Below the pieces are notes generated by a model that saw only the letters and a program-made list of their open reading frames with translations, was not told where the DNA came from and searched no databases. A program made the position numbers and the translations under genes. Of a stretch of DNA of 64,000 nucleotides, positions 1 through 18,256 are shown piece by piece; position 1 is the stretch's first letter, and each line of letters starts with the position of its first letter. Source of the DNA: the human T2T-CHM13v2.0 reference genome, Homo sapiens; NCBI RefSeq assembly GCF_009914755.1, contig NC_060934.1. One strand, given 5' to 3'.

Positions 1-266
1 TTTTAAAATATATACCTATTGGCCATTTTTATGTCTTCTTTAAAGTAATGTTTATTCAGGTCCTTTGCCGATTTTTAAAATTGGGTTATATGTTTTCTTA
101 CTATTGAGTTGTATGCATTCTTTATAAATTTGTATATTAACACCTCATCAGATGTATAGTTTACAAATATTTTTCCCCAATCTGAAGGTTGTTCTTTTTA
201 TTTTGTTGAGTGTCTCCTTCGGTGTGAAAAAGCTTTTTAGTTTGATGTTGTCTCATTTTTTTTTTT
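1..266 (-). mobile_element. Old L1 (L1M) ORF2 3' fragment
   Basis: Antisense L1 motifs such as ggccatttttatgtcttcttt, tttttctattgagttg-like and aagctttttagtttgatg. Confidence 0.75.
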
Positions 267-544
267 GACATGCCTTTTAAATGTTCAGTGAGATGTGGGT
301 GTCTAGAACTAGAAAATTTTCAGAAAGCCTATTTGGGCAGCACAAATAGGTAAGGAAAAAGCGTAGTATGTCTTGGAGATAAAGGAATGTATACAGAGAG
401 ACTAGGATTGAGTATCCAATGTAAACATCTCAAAACCACATGTTCGGAGTATTCAGGGGCTAAGGAAGTAAGAATACATGGTGGGTAAAAGCACAGGCTA
501 TAGGATTTAAAGATGGCACAGCCAAAACTAAGCAGGCTGTGGTA

Positions 545-700
545 TGTTGGGCAAAGTACAAAATGCCTCTCAGCCACAGTTTCCTTATATGAAAGTGGAG
601 ATAATAATATCTTTCTCAAAGAGATGCTGGGAAGACTAACCGAGATAATGCATAAAGATGTTAGCACATTTGCTAGCTCACCTTAGCAGCCCCTATTAGT
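545..700 (+). mobile_element. MIR SINE fragment
   Basis: MIR core-like cagtttccttatatgaaagtggagataataata...gagataatgcataaagatgttagcac. Confidence 0.65.
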
Positions 701-984
701 TGAATCATTATAATTTCCAAATTCTGCATAGCAGCTCTGTTCTGTCAAGAACCTGACATTCTTTTTAATGTAAAAGAATGATGATGACATTAATGATTAA
801 GGTGAAGCAGAATTATAATTCAGAGGCCTTTTTTTTTTTTAAACATTACTGCTGAACACTTTTGTTTACATTTTGGTTCTAAAGCTATGGCACCATATTC
901 AAAATGTGTCTTCTTTTCTACAGTACCTCCCAAACAAGGAAGGCATCCAGATTAAACCATCCCCAAGTCCATGTGTAGATAAGG

Positions 985-1197
985 GAGGTAGTATTGTGTG
1001 TAGCAGAAGATCTGAATTCAGATCTTGGCTCTGTCATTTATTAGTTCCCTGCACTTGGGTTACTCTTCCAAATGCCCTGCACTTCAGCTTCCTCATCTGC
1101 AAATTGTGGATTAAAGCAGCCCTCATTGAGAATTATCATGATGATGAGATAATGTATAAAAATCACATCATGATTCCTGTCTTGTAGGTCTTTAATA
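985..1197 (+). mobile_element. MIR SINE fragment
   Basis: tcttggctctgtcatttattag...cagcttcctcatctgcaaa...gagataatgtataaaa. Confidence 0.7.
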
Positions 1198-1214
1198 TAC
1201 AGACAGTGTGACTG

Positions 1215-1568
1215 CTGCTATAGGGCTGTCACTGATACTCTGGTTCTCTTTCCATCTGGACACACAGAGTACTGTAATTCCCCACCCAGGTGACTCATTA
1301 CAGTGAATGAAATGGAAGCGGAAGTGCCCTGTTATTTCTAGATAGAAGCTTCAAGGGCATGGATGTGCTTAATCCTGCTGTCTTTCATCCTCTGCCACAG
1401 TGACCAGCACATCATTAAAAGAAGACCATGGTTTATCAGCCTCGAATCAGAACAGAATGATGTGGAACAGTGCTCCCAGCTGACTCTCAAGAAGTGGGTC
1501 TTTGTTTTAATCCACTGAGATTTGAGCTTTCTTTGTTACTGCAGCCTAAACCAACTTATTCTTTCTGA
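1215..1568 (+). mobile_element. Old MaLR solo LTR (MLT1J-like)
   Basis: tgaaatggaagcggaagtg and the 3' motif ttttaatccactgagatttg...tttgttactgcagc typical of MLT1. Confidence 0.65.
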
Positions 1569-1679
1569 TATTATTATTATTATTGTTAATAGGAACCTCA
1601 TTGCTTCTGAGTTCTCTCAAAAAAATGAAAATAGAGTTGGTACCTGTTTGATGAGCTAACAGTCTTTTGAGCTGCTAGT

Positions 1680-1900
1680 TAATAATAATAATAATGGTTA
1701 AGTATCAGCTTTTGAAGACTTATTCTATCATAAAGTCTGCTCTACACAATTTCCTTATGTAATCAGATTTCATCCTCACTATGAGTCTATGATGTAAGTA
1801 CAATTGCCCACTTTGCACAAGAGGATTTTGAGGCTGAAACTGGAGTTGAATCTTGACCCACTCATCTTAATTGTATTGTCTGGACCAAGTTACTTAAATT
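1680..1900 (-). mobile_element. MIR SINE fragment
   Basis: Antisense MIR: aataataataatgg...catcctcactatgagtctatgatgtaagtacaatt...gaggctg. Confidence 0.55.
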
Positions 1901-2280
1901 TTTGATCCTATTACACAGCATTTCCTTTCTCTGTCTAAAAGGAAACCTAGCAGTACGGCATAATTTAAATATGAGAAGGTCAAAGAAAATTAAAAACGAC
2001 AAAACTATTTGGAAATTTGTTTCTCTCTTATTGTTCATAAAATTGGAATAGATTCCTTTGGTTTTGTTTTAGTCATTTTCTGACTTTTATTTTCCTTTTC
2101 ACTTCTCTTTTTTTTTTTTTTAAACTAGCTCCTTTTTTGTCAGGGACAACAAACTAACTCTTGATTTGGGCCTGTAGTGGCTAAAGTAGTTAGGTGCTCA
2201 CAGTAGAAGATGATTCACTTTGATTTTCTCTTATCTGCCTCTTACTATCCATGCTTTTCTTTTGTTAAGGGTCTTTTTCT

Positions 2281-2589
<309 letters not shown>

Positions 2590-2937
2590 TGTTAAAGGTC
2601 TTTTCTAACTAAAGGGTGGTAACTTAACAGAAATAATGGCAAGACTTCCTTCTATCCTACTTACCTCTATGGAGATGTAAGCAGCTAAAAACAAAGAAGT
2701 ACAGTTTTCATTTTCTGGACTGGTTGTGTACTATTCTCAACTTCCTACTTGTAAAGATGTACATCCTTACCAAGCATGGACCATACTGTGCCCTCGATAT
2801 CGATGAATGGGGCTCACGGATGTTCAAAGGGCATGGAGAAAACATCATTGTCCCCAGAGGGAGGAGTAGTCACAGGGAAGAGAAACTCTGGTGGAGAACT
2901 CCAGACTCTGTAATTCAGGAATTAAAACCAGACTCTG

Positions 2938-3264
<327 letters not shown>

Positions 3265-3869
3265 TTAATTTGTTCAAGTTTAATATGTTGTGTTCTCTGG
3301 CCTGGCCAGGGGCATCTCCAGGCACTATCAGGGCATCATGTTTATTACAAGCCTATCTTGACCCATCTTCACCAAGACCATCTCTTTCTCTTTCACATTT
3401 TCGGTCTTTTCTCTGCAATTGTCCTTTTCCCCAGGCTTAAAAATAGACCTTAGATTCTCATACCCTAAAAACAAACAAACAAAAAAAAAATAGGGAAAAG
3501 ACATATTTAGTTGGTGGTGAAAGTATCAGAAAGGAATAGTGTAACTAGCCTGACTTGAGAGAAATATTTAGTAATATCTGTTGTTAAACAAAATAAACCG
3601 GATTATGTACGAATGGTCTGGTTTACTGCTGAACTTAAGATATAAAAATATACCTACTTTAATCTTTCTCAGATAACCTCTGCAATGCAGAAACACTTGA
3701 ATAAAAAACTGTTCCTATGGTTAGGAGGAGGCAAGGAATATGTCCACATTAGACACACACATTTATCTGTCAACCATGTGCAGATACCTCAAAAATAACT
3801 TAACATGAACATCCAAAATCTCTCTGAGAGAAGTGAGGTGAATTTGGTTTTGATGCATCCTTTTCTTTT

Positions 3870-4060
3870 TCTCTCGAGAAGAGAGAAAGTTGCCTTTTAC
3901 CTGAAAGAAAACCAGGTTGTTTTCTGAACGGCTGTTCTCTGGAAGCGGAGCTCAGCAGAAGTACGTCAGCAAAGCCACACTGATTGTCCGCCTGCTTCTT
4001 TTTTAAGGGTCGTAACCCTGATCTTCCTCACTCACCAACTCATTCTACTCGGAAAAGCAG
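3870..4060. promoter_or_regulatory. Small CpG-retaining, non-repeat segment with CRE half-site and ETS-like motif
   Basis: About 7 CpGs in ~180 bp in CpG-depleted surroundings; acgtca at 3963-3968; ggaag at 3941. Confidence 0.3.
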
Positions 4061-5909
4061 AGGAGTCTAAAGCCTTGGAAACCCAAGAGGGTGACACCAG
4101 GAGCCAGTCAAATGTATGGCTCATGAGGACTCTGCAATGCTCACTAGGCCTGCTTTGTTTTTTCCTTAAGATAAAGTCAACAGATCTGCCACAGAATGTT
4201 TACCAGGGAGAGAATATTCTCTGGATAAAAACTGTACAATGCTATTACAGTTATTGTAGTGAGGCTATATCAAAAAATAAATATCCTTTCTTCTCCAAAT
4301 TTCTGAATAAGCAAAAATGGAGAGGACCTTAGAATTTAAGCTTTGACATCTCTAGGGGATTCTACTGCATAACTACATTTAGGAACCAGTGGTTTAATCC
4401 AACCTTCTAAAATAATCTTGGATTTCCTTAACCATATCCGTAAAACTGGTCACTTAGACACTGTTTAAATTTCCTGTAATAGGACGTAGAATATATTTTG
4501 ATCTGGTACATTTTATTTTTGATAGATACCCTTGACAAAAGATCTCCTTTCCATGATTTAATCATACTTTTGAGGTGTTACCTTATGATTTTTACACTTG
4601 GATGTGTTTTGGGAAAGATGAATCCTCAAATGTATTTCAGGAAGAAAACTTCGAAGTTTCCATCTGAAACTCCGGAAGGATGCAGTAGCATTAACTTAAG
4701 GTGAGGCCAATGCAGAAAAGGCAGCTCTAAAGGCCCCATAGTGTTGAAATAATTTCACAGACAGCTAGACTTTCCTGTGTCTCTAAGAAAGTTCCAGCCA
4801 AAGGCTAGCTAAGAGAGAGATGATGTATCCTGAGGGGTGTATACAAGAGCTGTAAAGCTCTGTGGATCATAAAACAGAGCATCCAATGGAGATACAAACA
4901 TTTTATTGGACATACCCATTCAGTGACCAAAGCAGTTAATTCTCAGCAAATGCCTACCTTTAACAGAGGATGAAATACATGTCTTTTCCCCCGCCTTTCA
5001 AAAAAACCAAGATTGTGGACAAACCACACAAAATGTAGTCGTGAACGTAAGGAAAAGAAGGGAGATGGGAAAAATGCTGATTTCACCAAACTAAAGTTGA
5101 AATAACTGAGAAGACAGTGAAGCACCTGGATTTACCCAGAAGTGACAAAAATTATACATTCTGACATCAAATTCACATGTTATGACATCAAGTAGAAGTT
5201 CCATACAGAGGCTGAGTTTCAGAAAGCTAAAACAATGAAGATATTAATTATATTTTCTTTTTGTTTGTTTGTACATCTAAATATATATGGATCTTGAAAA
5301 AATGTTACAGCTGCTACATATTAAGTTGAACTCCCTTAAATTTCTCTTTACTTATATTTATTGTACCTTCTGGAGTCACTAAAAATATCATTTTCCACAT
5401 GACAGCTCCTATAGAACTTAAAGAAAACTTATCCTTCCTCTGAGTCATATCTTTTCCAGGATGAAGATGGTCACAATAATATGGCTTATAATTCTATTTC
5501 TTATTTCCTAAAGCTTTCAGTATCTCAGTTTCTATTCTGTCTATAATGGTTTTAGACAATCCTCATAGAAAAGTGGATTATGAACATTTCGTCAGGGGTT
5601 TAAAAACAGTAAGGCCTTAGTCCCCACCTCCAAGACTTTTTAATTCAGCTGGTCTGGAGTGATGCCCAGATTGGAGTGGTGTTTACAATGTTAGATTTGA
5701 TAGTGATATGAAAATTCTTAGAGATTAAAACTCAGAATTGAACTTAATGAAAAAGATGTGGGCAGGGTAGGCCTACATGGTTATTTCCCTTTCCCTGGAT
5801 ATCACTTGTTCATCAAGGCTGCTGAATAGATACACTTTCACTTGGCAGCCACCTATCTGATTATATCACCCAGTCACCCAGCCTATGCCTCCTTTTCTGC
5901 TGATGAAGT

Positions 5910-6190
5910 TATTCGTTCACTTAAACCAGTATTCATTAAGAGTAATCTTGGTATCCACAGTGTTTCACACACTGTTGCTGTTAGTGCCTTACACAAAGAT
6001 GATATAGGTATAAACTATGTTATGGAGGAATTTATGGTCTGGCAAACCATACTGATAGATAACTTCAGTGCAATGAGGCAAGTGCTATGATATAAAAAAC
6101 TATTCCAGGGATGTTGTAGAAGCACAAAAAAGGGGGGCATTTACCACATTTGGGCATGGAGACAATGTAGGGATGTTGAATAAACAGCAT
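5910..6190 (-). mobile_element. L2 3' fragment (template of the inverted duplication)
   Basis: Antisense L2-like attcgttcac...atggaggaatttatggtctgg...aagtgctatgata. Confidence 0.55.
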
Positions 6191-6626
6191 GAGTCAAAGC
6201 AGGAGGAGCATGTGAAGCTAAAAAATCCTGGGCTGCAGGCCGAGAAGCATAAACCAGGTGCAAATCATTTCTGGAACAGCTGATCATCAAAGTACCATGC
6301 CTTCAATACAAGAAATAAACCCTGGCCCCAGGGTAATTTAACTAAGTGTAACAATCTCAAGTTCCTGGTCTATGTAGCAGAACATTATCACTTGTGTCTT
6401 TTAGATCAGTGTTCCACAAACTGTAATAATGCACATACTAATGCCCAAATGTGGTAAATGCCCCCTTTTTCGTGCTTCTCCAACATCCCTGGAACAGTTT
6501 TTTATATCATAGCACTTACCTCATTGTACTGAAGTTATCTCTCAGTATGGCTTGCCAGACCATAATAAATTCCTCCATAACATGGTTTATACCTATATAA
6601 TCTTTGGTTTATACCTATATCATCTT
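5996..6626. repeat. Inverted duplication: arms 5996-6157 and 6441-6626, 283-bp spacer
   Basis: By-eye alignment gives about 8 substitutions and 2 small indels over ~160 bp, plus an extra 22-bp tandem copy in the right arm. Confidence 0.97.
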
Positions 6627-6757
6627 GAGATTTTGGTAAAATGCAAATTCTGATTCCACAGGTCTGGAATGAAGTCTGGGACTCTATATTTACAACAACC
6701 TCCCTCATGGTACTAATATTGCTGATCCCAGAGCACATATTAAATATCAGAGTACTA
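6407..6757 (+). mobile_element. MER5-type hAT MITE interrupted by the inverted copy
   Basis: cagtgttccacaaact...catacta | atcatcttgagattttggtaaaatgcaaattctgattccacaggtctgg follows the MER5A pattern once 6441-6619 is removed. Confidence 0.7.
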
Positions 6758-7593
6758 CAGAAACACCACGAGCGAAAGAAAGGCTTCATGTTCTGAATCT
6801 GGGTAGCAAAAAGGTAACTACATCTCAGAAGATAAATTAACAGAGCACAGAGTTGGAAGTTCCCTGCTTCAATCCCTCTCCTACCTCTTCAGCACAGTAA
6901 GGAAGGAAATTTGCATGAATTGATCTTAATTTGCTGCCAAATCATCATCAACACAAATTATTAGAGAAATTCAGCACATAAAAAGATGCTCATTCGTTTG
7001 GTAATGGAGCCTAAGTAGGCATCTATGCTACCCATCCATCACTTCCTTCTCTTGTCATCCTCTCTAAGGTACATTTTAACCAATTTTTCTCCTATTTCAC
7101 ACGAGTCCATTTCTATGAGGGAAGCTACAAATAGGAAGTGTAAATATGGATCTGGTATGTGATTTAAAAAGACTGCCTGCCAGTCCTACTCATTCAGCTC
7201 CTATTCTCTCTGGTTAATTTATCCTACATGGGGATTCTTGTGCATGTCAGGGAATATTGGAATGGATTGAAACAAAGCCTTCCATTCCAATTTCACTGCA
7301 GATTTCAAGTACCAGTGTGAGATGGCTTGGGTAAAATGCTCCCAGAAGTCTGCATCAGTTCACATTGTGAAACCTACTCAATTTCATATATATCAAATGT
7401 TTAGCAACATGTCACTGTTTGAAACTCGACTGCTTCTATGGTCTCATAGGCTCGTTGTGGTGCTCTGTTCCTTTTTCCACAGATAGTAATATTATTCCTA
7501 TTATTCTGCTTGTCAGCCAGACTTGTGCTGTATCATAGATAGAATTTTACTAAAACTTACTTATGTGACCTATGTTCTAAGCATAATGAGATT

Positions 7594-7752
7594 AGTGCTT
7601 CATTAGGTAGTGAGCCCCAGAAGCACTGATGAAATGTCTTAGAAGTGTGGAGGTCTGGGCCGTATCCTAGATCTGTTGCATCGGAGTCTCTTGCCAATTA
7701 AAAAAAATCCCACAGTTGATTCCATGGCAGACTCATATTTGAGAACCCCTGG
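7594..7752. mobile_element. MER5-type hAT MITE
   Basis: Ends in tttgagaacccctg (MER5 TIR-like); internal ctgggccgtatcctagatctgttgcatcggagtctc. Confidence 0.55.
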
Positions 7753-8565
7753 ATTAGACATAATAAGATTTTCTAAGAATATGTGTTTTAGATACTGAAA
7801 TTGAAGGCAGAGGATTTTCTTTTCTCAAGAGCTATAAGACCAAAGTAGATATTGGAAGACATTTTATAAGCAGTCTAGGACTGAGAGCTTAAGGTCAGGA
7901 TTGGCATTCTGCAGATACTTTACCCTGCTAGAACACATTCAAAGCAAAAGTGATAAAATCTTATAGCACATTAATATACAGAAGCTATCCAATCTTCTAC
8001 CTGCAGGACATAGAAAATGGTGATAAGCAAATAAAGACCATTCCTGAGTGACCAAACTAAAGTTCCTTTACAATGGCCTTCCAGGTTTTTTGTGCTGAGT
8101 AAATGATTGATGTGGATAAAAATCTCTTACACAGGGCAAAACATATAGCTGGTGCACACTAAATGTTATTTCCCTTCCACATATTTAAAGGCAAAAAAAT
8201 AAAATGCAAGTGAAACTCAAACTAGGTCCAGAATTCTCAACTACATCAACCTGACCAACCAGGAATAAGTACTAATACACGGTATGTCATTTTATATTTA
8301 AGACCATAGTGAGCACAGAGGCTAGGGAGTCCCTGAACCTAATTAAGCTTTTAACTTCATCTCTGTTTCCCTGTTGTGCAGAAATGGCTGATCAAAATTA
8401 AGTTGCAATATTTTGACAGAAAAATAATGACTTCCTGACAAAGATTCCTAAAATGCAAATGGAAATGAATATGCTACAGTGAAATTCCAGTAGCACTCTG
8501 AGATCACATTTCATCTCTTCAGCTTCAGTTCATTGCAGGTTAAGTTGCTATAGAAGAGTAAAAAC

Positions 8566-8800
8566 TACTTGAGCTCAGGAGTTCAAGACCAGCCTGGGCA
8601 AAATAGTGAGACCCCCATCTCTACCAAAAAAAAAAAAATAGTGGGGCATGATGGCATGCCTATATTCCTGGCTTAATCCAGAGGCTGAGGTAAGGGGATT
8701 TGCTTGAGCCCAGCCAGGAATGTGAGGCTGCAGTGAGCTACGACTGTGCCACTCCAGCCAGGGCAACAGAGATGAACTCTATCTCTCGCAGAAAAAAGAA
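8566..8800 (+). mobile_element. 5'-truncated AluJ
   Basis: cttgagctcaggagttcaag, gaggctgcagtgagcta and tgagaccccatctctac, which are J-type diagnostics. Confidence 0.85.
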
Positions 8801-8922
8801 AAAAAAGAGAGAAAAGGAAAGGAAAGGAAGAAAGGAAGAAGAAAGGAAGGAAGGAAGGAAGGAAGGAGGGAAGGAGGGAAGGAAGGAAGAAAAAAATAAA
8901 AACAAAAAACAAGGGAAAAAAA
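8790..8922 (+). repeat. Purine-rich (GGAA/GAAA)n microsatellite from the Alu tail
   Basis: Five consecutive GGAA at 8845-8864 within a ~130-bp purine tract. Confidence 0.95.
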
Positions 8923-9204
8923 CTCCAAGCAAGGTATGAAACAAGGTTTGTAGAAGGGTCAGGTAGAAGAGAGTCTGACCTGAGGTGACCCCTTTAGAGG
9001 TCTCCTCCTTCTTCCTCCCCTTCTTTTCCTTCTTCCTCCCTATGCCCGTCCCCAATATTGGAATGTTTTGCTCCTCTTTAAGTCTTAACTAATACTTAGA
9101 ATTCCTGGCCTTTCTTTAATTATTATTGAGATTTTTCAGTTACTTTAGAAATAATATTTAGAAACATATGTTTCTGGTACCTAATATTTACTATTTAGAA
9201 TGTT

Positions 9205-9457
9205 AGAGCAAAATGTCCCAAAGTGCTAGGATCTGCCCTCCAGATGCTTTGTGAAAAGCTGGCTCCCTTATCACATATGTCTGGGAAATACTGCATTGAT
9301 TTTCCCCTTGGAGCTTCACAAAGCAGGGAGACAATGCAAAAGCTTACCACTGTTTTACTCATCATTTATAAATTAATTTGACCATGGAGTCTTTTCTTTA
9401 GAAAATATCTCCTGACAAGTGATTTGCTTTGCAGAACATGCTTTTGGAAACATTTGT
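9205..9457. mobile_element. hAT-Charlie-type MITE remnant
   Basis: Imperfect TIRs caaaatgtcccaaagtg / catgcttttggaaacatttg; internal atttgaccatgga motif. Confidence 0.45.
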
Positions 9458-9744
9458 TTAGATATCAGATAAAGATGGATTAGATTATCAATTCCCCTGT
9501 AAGTTATGAGATCTACATGAATCAGGGCACTATCCCTCCTTCACCCTGCTATTTTTACACTTTCTAAATAGAAAAGAGCATAATGAAAGTAAAAAAATAT
9601 TGTTCCATTTTCATAACATATTCAGTATCGTTGTTGAAGAGTATGATGAAATTTCTCAGTGTTATAAGTTGTGTAAAGATGTGCTTTACTGTATTTTTCA
9701 TTCATTGTGTTGAACATTTACTTTATGGCACCTTTCTTTCTTTT

Positions 9745-14311
<4,567 letters not shown>

Positions 14312-14488
14312 TAGCATCTTTCATTTGAAAACTCATGCCCATTAGTTCTGAGAATTTTTATATAACATTTGACAATTTCTTACCTTCTATTTCCTATTTT
14401 CCTGGAATTCCTTTTACCCAGATGTCAAGCCTCTTAAATTGATCTCCTAATTTTCTTGTATCCTTTTCTACTGTACCCTGTTTCTCCC

Positions 14489-15266
14489 TGTGGTGGGTTT
14501 CATGGTGGCCTTTAAAAAGATATGTCCATATCATAATCCTCAAAACCTATAAGTATGACCATATTTGAAAAAAGGTTCTTCACAGATGCAATTAAGTGCA
14601 AGATTTCAAGATGAGATTATCTTGGATTATCCAGGTGAGGCATAAATTCAGTGACAAATATCCTATTAAGAGACATGCAAGGCCAGGTGTAGCTGCTCAC
14701 ACCTGTAATCCCAGCACTTTGGGAGGCTGAGACGGGTGGATCACTTGAGGTCAGGAGTTCAAGACTAGCCTGGCCAACATGGTGAAACCCCATCTCTACT
14801 AAATTACAAAAAATTAGCCAGGTGTGGTGGCATGCACATATAATCCCAGTTACTCAGAGGCTGCAGTAGGAGAATAGCTTGAACCCAGGAGACAGAGGTT
14901 GCAGTGAGGCTGAGATCATGTCACTGTACTCCAGCCTGGGCAACAGAGTAAATCTCCATCTTGGGAAAAAAAAAAAAAAAAAGACATGCAAAGGAGAGAC
15001 ATAGACATACAGAGACAAGAGAAGGCCCTGTGAAGGTGGAGGCAGAGATTGAAATGGTGCAATCACAAGCAATGCAATTCTCAGAGCCACAAGAATCTAC
15101 AAGAGGCAAGGACCAATTTGCCCCCAGAGCTTCAGTGGGAGTGGGACCCTGTCAACAGCATGACTGCAGAATTTTAGTCTTTAGAAGTGTGAGAAAAAAA
15201 AAATTCTGTTGCTTTAAGTCACCAATTTGAGGAAATTTGTTGCAGGAGCACTAGGAAACTAATAGA
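14489..15266 (+). mobile_element. MLT1B/C-like MaLR solo LTR interrupted by Alu
   Basis: Starts tgtggtgggtt and ends ggaaactaataga; gtgaaggtggaggcagagattg core; flanks ctccc/ctgcc. Confidence 0.85.
14681..14982 (+). mobile_element. AluS (Sx/Sz-like)
   Basis: Full dimer; TSD agacatgcaa on both sides. Confidence 0.95.
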
Positions 15267-15287
15267 CTGCCAATCATTCCATTTTAA

Positions 15288-15765
<478 letters not shown>

Positions 15766-16796
15766 TTTTTTTTTTTTTTTTTACTTTAAGTTATACATGT
15801 GCAGAACGTGCAGGTTTGTTACATAGGTATACATGTGCCATGGTGGTTTGCTGCACCTATCAACCGATCATCTAGGTTTTAAGACCCACATGCATTAGAT
15901 ATTTGTCCTAATGCTCTCCCTCTCCTTGCCCCCAATACCCCGACAGGCCACAGTGTGTGATGTTCCCCTCCCTGTGTCCATGTGTTCTCATTGTACAACT
16001 CCCACTTATGAGTGAGAACGTGTGGTGTTTGGTTTTGTGTTCCTGTGTTAGTTTGCTGAGAATGATGGTTTCCAGCTTCATCCATGTCCCTGCAAAGGAC
16101 ATGAACTCATCCTTTTTTATGGCTGCATAGTATTCCATGGTGTATATGTGCCACATTTTCTTTATCCAGTCTATCATTGATGGGCATTTGGGTTGGTTCC
16201 AAGTCTTTGCTGTTGTAAATAGTGCTGCAATAAACATATGTGTGCATGTGTCTTTATAGCAGAATGGTTTATAATCCTTTGGGTATATACCCAGTAATGG
16301 GATTGCTGGGTCAAAAGATATTTCTGGTTCTAGATCCTTGAGGAATCGCCACTGTCTCCCACAATGGTTGAACTAATTTACACTCCCACCAACAGTGTAA
16401 AAGTGCTCCTGTATCTCTACATCCTCGCCAGCATCTGTCATTTCCTGACTTTTTTTTAACTTTCAATTTTTATTTATTAGTAAGTATATCAAATATTGTT
16501 CCAGATTTACACATGGTTATTTTCCACTATGTCAATACACATTAATTTTTATATAATATGCAAATACTTAATTTTCTTTTAACTATTCAAATGGAAAATA
16601 TTCAACAAAGAATAATAATTTCCTCCTTTTCTTAATTCTTGTGCTGTGTGATCCAAGTTACTTGATTTTTCTGGGTTCGTTTTCTTTAGTATCAATTTAC
16701 ATTACTAGAGTTTTACAACAAAGTTGTGTACTACAATCTCTTAATACTTGTAAATACTTTGCAGTACAAAACTCTGTATTTAAAACATTCCTATTT

Positions 16797-18256
16797 CTAC
16801 AAGGCTACAGTAACCAAAACAGCATGGTACTGGTACCAAAACAGAGATATAGGACCAATGGACCAGAAAAGAGCCCTCAGAAATAATATCACACATCTAC
16901 AACCATCTGATCTTTGACAAATCTGACAAAAACAAGAAATGGGGAAAGGATTCCCTATTTAACAAATGGTGCTGGGAAAACTGGCTAGCCATAGGTAGAA
17001 AGCTGAAACTGGATCCCTTCCTTACACCTTATATAAAAATTAATTCACGATGGATTAAAGACTTAAATGTTAGATCTAAAACCATAAAAACCCTAGAAGA
17101 AAACCTATGCAATACCATTCAGGACATAGGCATGGGCAAGGACTTCATGTCTAAAACACCAAAAGCAATGGCAACAAAAGCCAAAATTGACAAATGGGAT
17201 CTAATTAAACTAAAGAGTTTCTGCACAGCAAAAGAAACTACCATCAGAGTTAACAGGCAACCTACAAAATGGGAGGAAATTTTTGCAATCTACTCATCTG
17301 ACAAAGGGCTAATATCCAGAATCTACAAAGAACTCAAACAGATTTACAAGAAAAAAACAAACAACCCTATCAACAAGAGGGCAAAAGATATGAACAGACA
17401 CTTCTCAAAAGAAGACATTTATGGAGCCAACAGACACATGAAAAAATGCTCATCATTACTGGCCATCAGAGAAATGCAAATCAAAACTACAATGAGATAT
17501 CATCTCACACCAGTTAGAATGGCGATCATTAAAAAGTCAGGAAACAACAGGTGCTGGAGAGGATGTGGAGAAATAGGAACACTTTTACACTGTTGGTGGG
17601 ACTGTAAACTAGTTCAACCATTGTGGAAGACAGTGTGGTGATTCCTCAGGGATCTAGAACTAGAAATACCATTTGACCCAGCCATCCCATTACTGGGTAT
17701 ATACCCAAAGGAATATAAATCATGCTGCTATAAAGACCCATGCACACGTATGTTTCTTGCAGCACTACTCACAATAGCAAAGACTTGGAACCAACCCAAA
17801 TGTCCAACAATGATAGACTGGATTAAGAAAATGTGGCACATATACACCATGGAATACTATGCAGCCGTAAAAAGCGATAAGTTCATGTCTTTTGTAGGGA
17901 CATGGATGAAGCTGGAAACCATCATTCTCAGCAAACTATCACAAGGACAAAAAACCAAACACCGCATGTTCTCACTCATAGGTGGGAATTGAACAATGGG
18001 AACACATGGACACAGGAAAGGGAACATCACATACCGGGGCTTGTTGTGGGGTGGGGGGAGTGGGGAGGGATAGCATTAGGAGATATACCTAATGTAAATG
18101 ACGAGTTAATGGATGCAGCACAACAACATGGCACATGTATACATATGTAACAAACCTGCACGTTGTGCACATGTACCCTAGAACTTAAAGTATCATAAAT
18201 ATATATATATATTTTATATATAAAGGAACAAGTAAAAGAGAAAGGGTAAAAAAAAA
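16797..18256 (+). mobile_element. 5'-truncated L1PA4-like element
   Basis: ORF2 C-terminal ORFs 17132-17992; 3'UTR ggagatatacctaatgtaaatgacgag...tagaacttaaag; TSD aaaa(c/a)attcctatt at 16782-16795 / 18251-18264 at a TTT/AAAA site. Confidence 0.95.

Noticed and set aside
8673-9055. Low-complexity K/E/R-rich and F/L/S-rich ORFs
   Set aside because: They are translations of the GGAA microsatellite.
17132-17992. 169-aa and 80-aa ORFs
   Set aside because: These are L1 ORF2 C-terminal fragments of a 5'-truncated element, split by stop codons, not a host gene.
18047-18069. G-quadruplex-forming G-tract
   Set aside because: This is a standard feature of L1PA 3'UTRs and is not specific to this locus.
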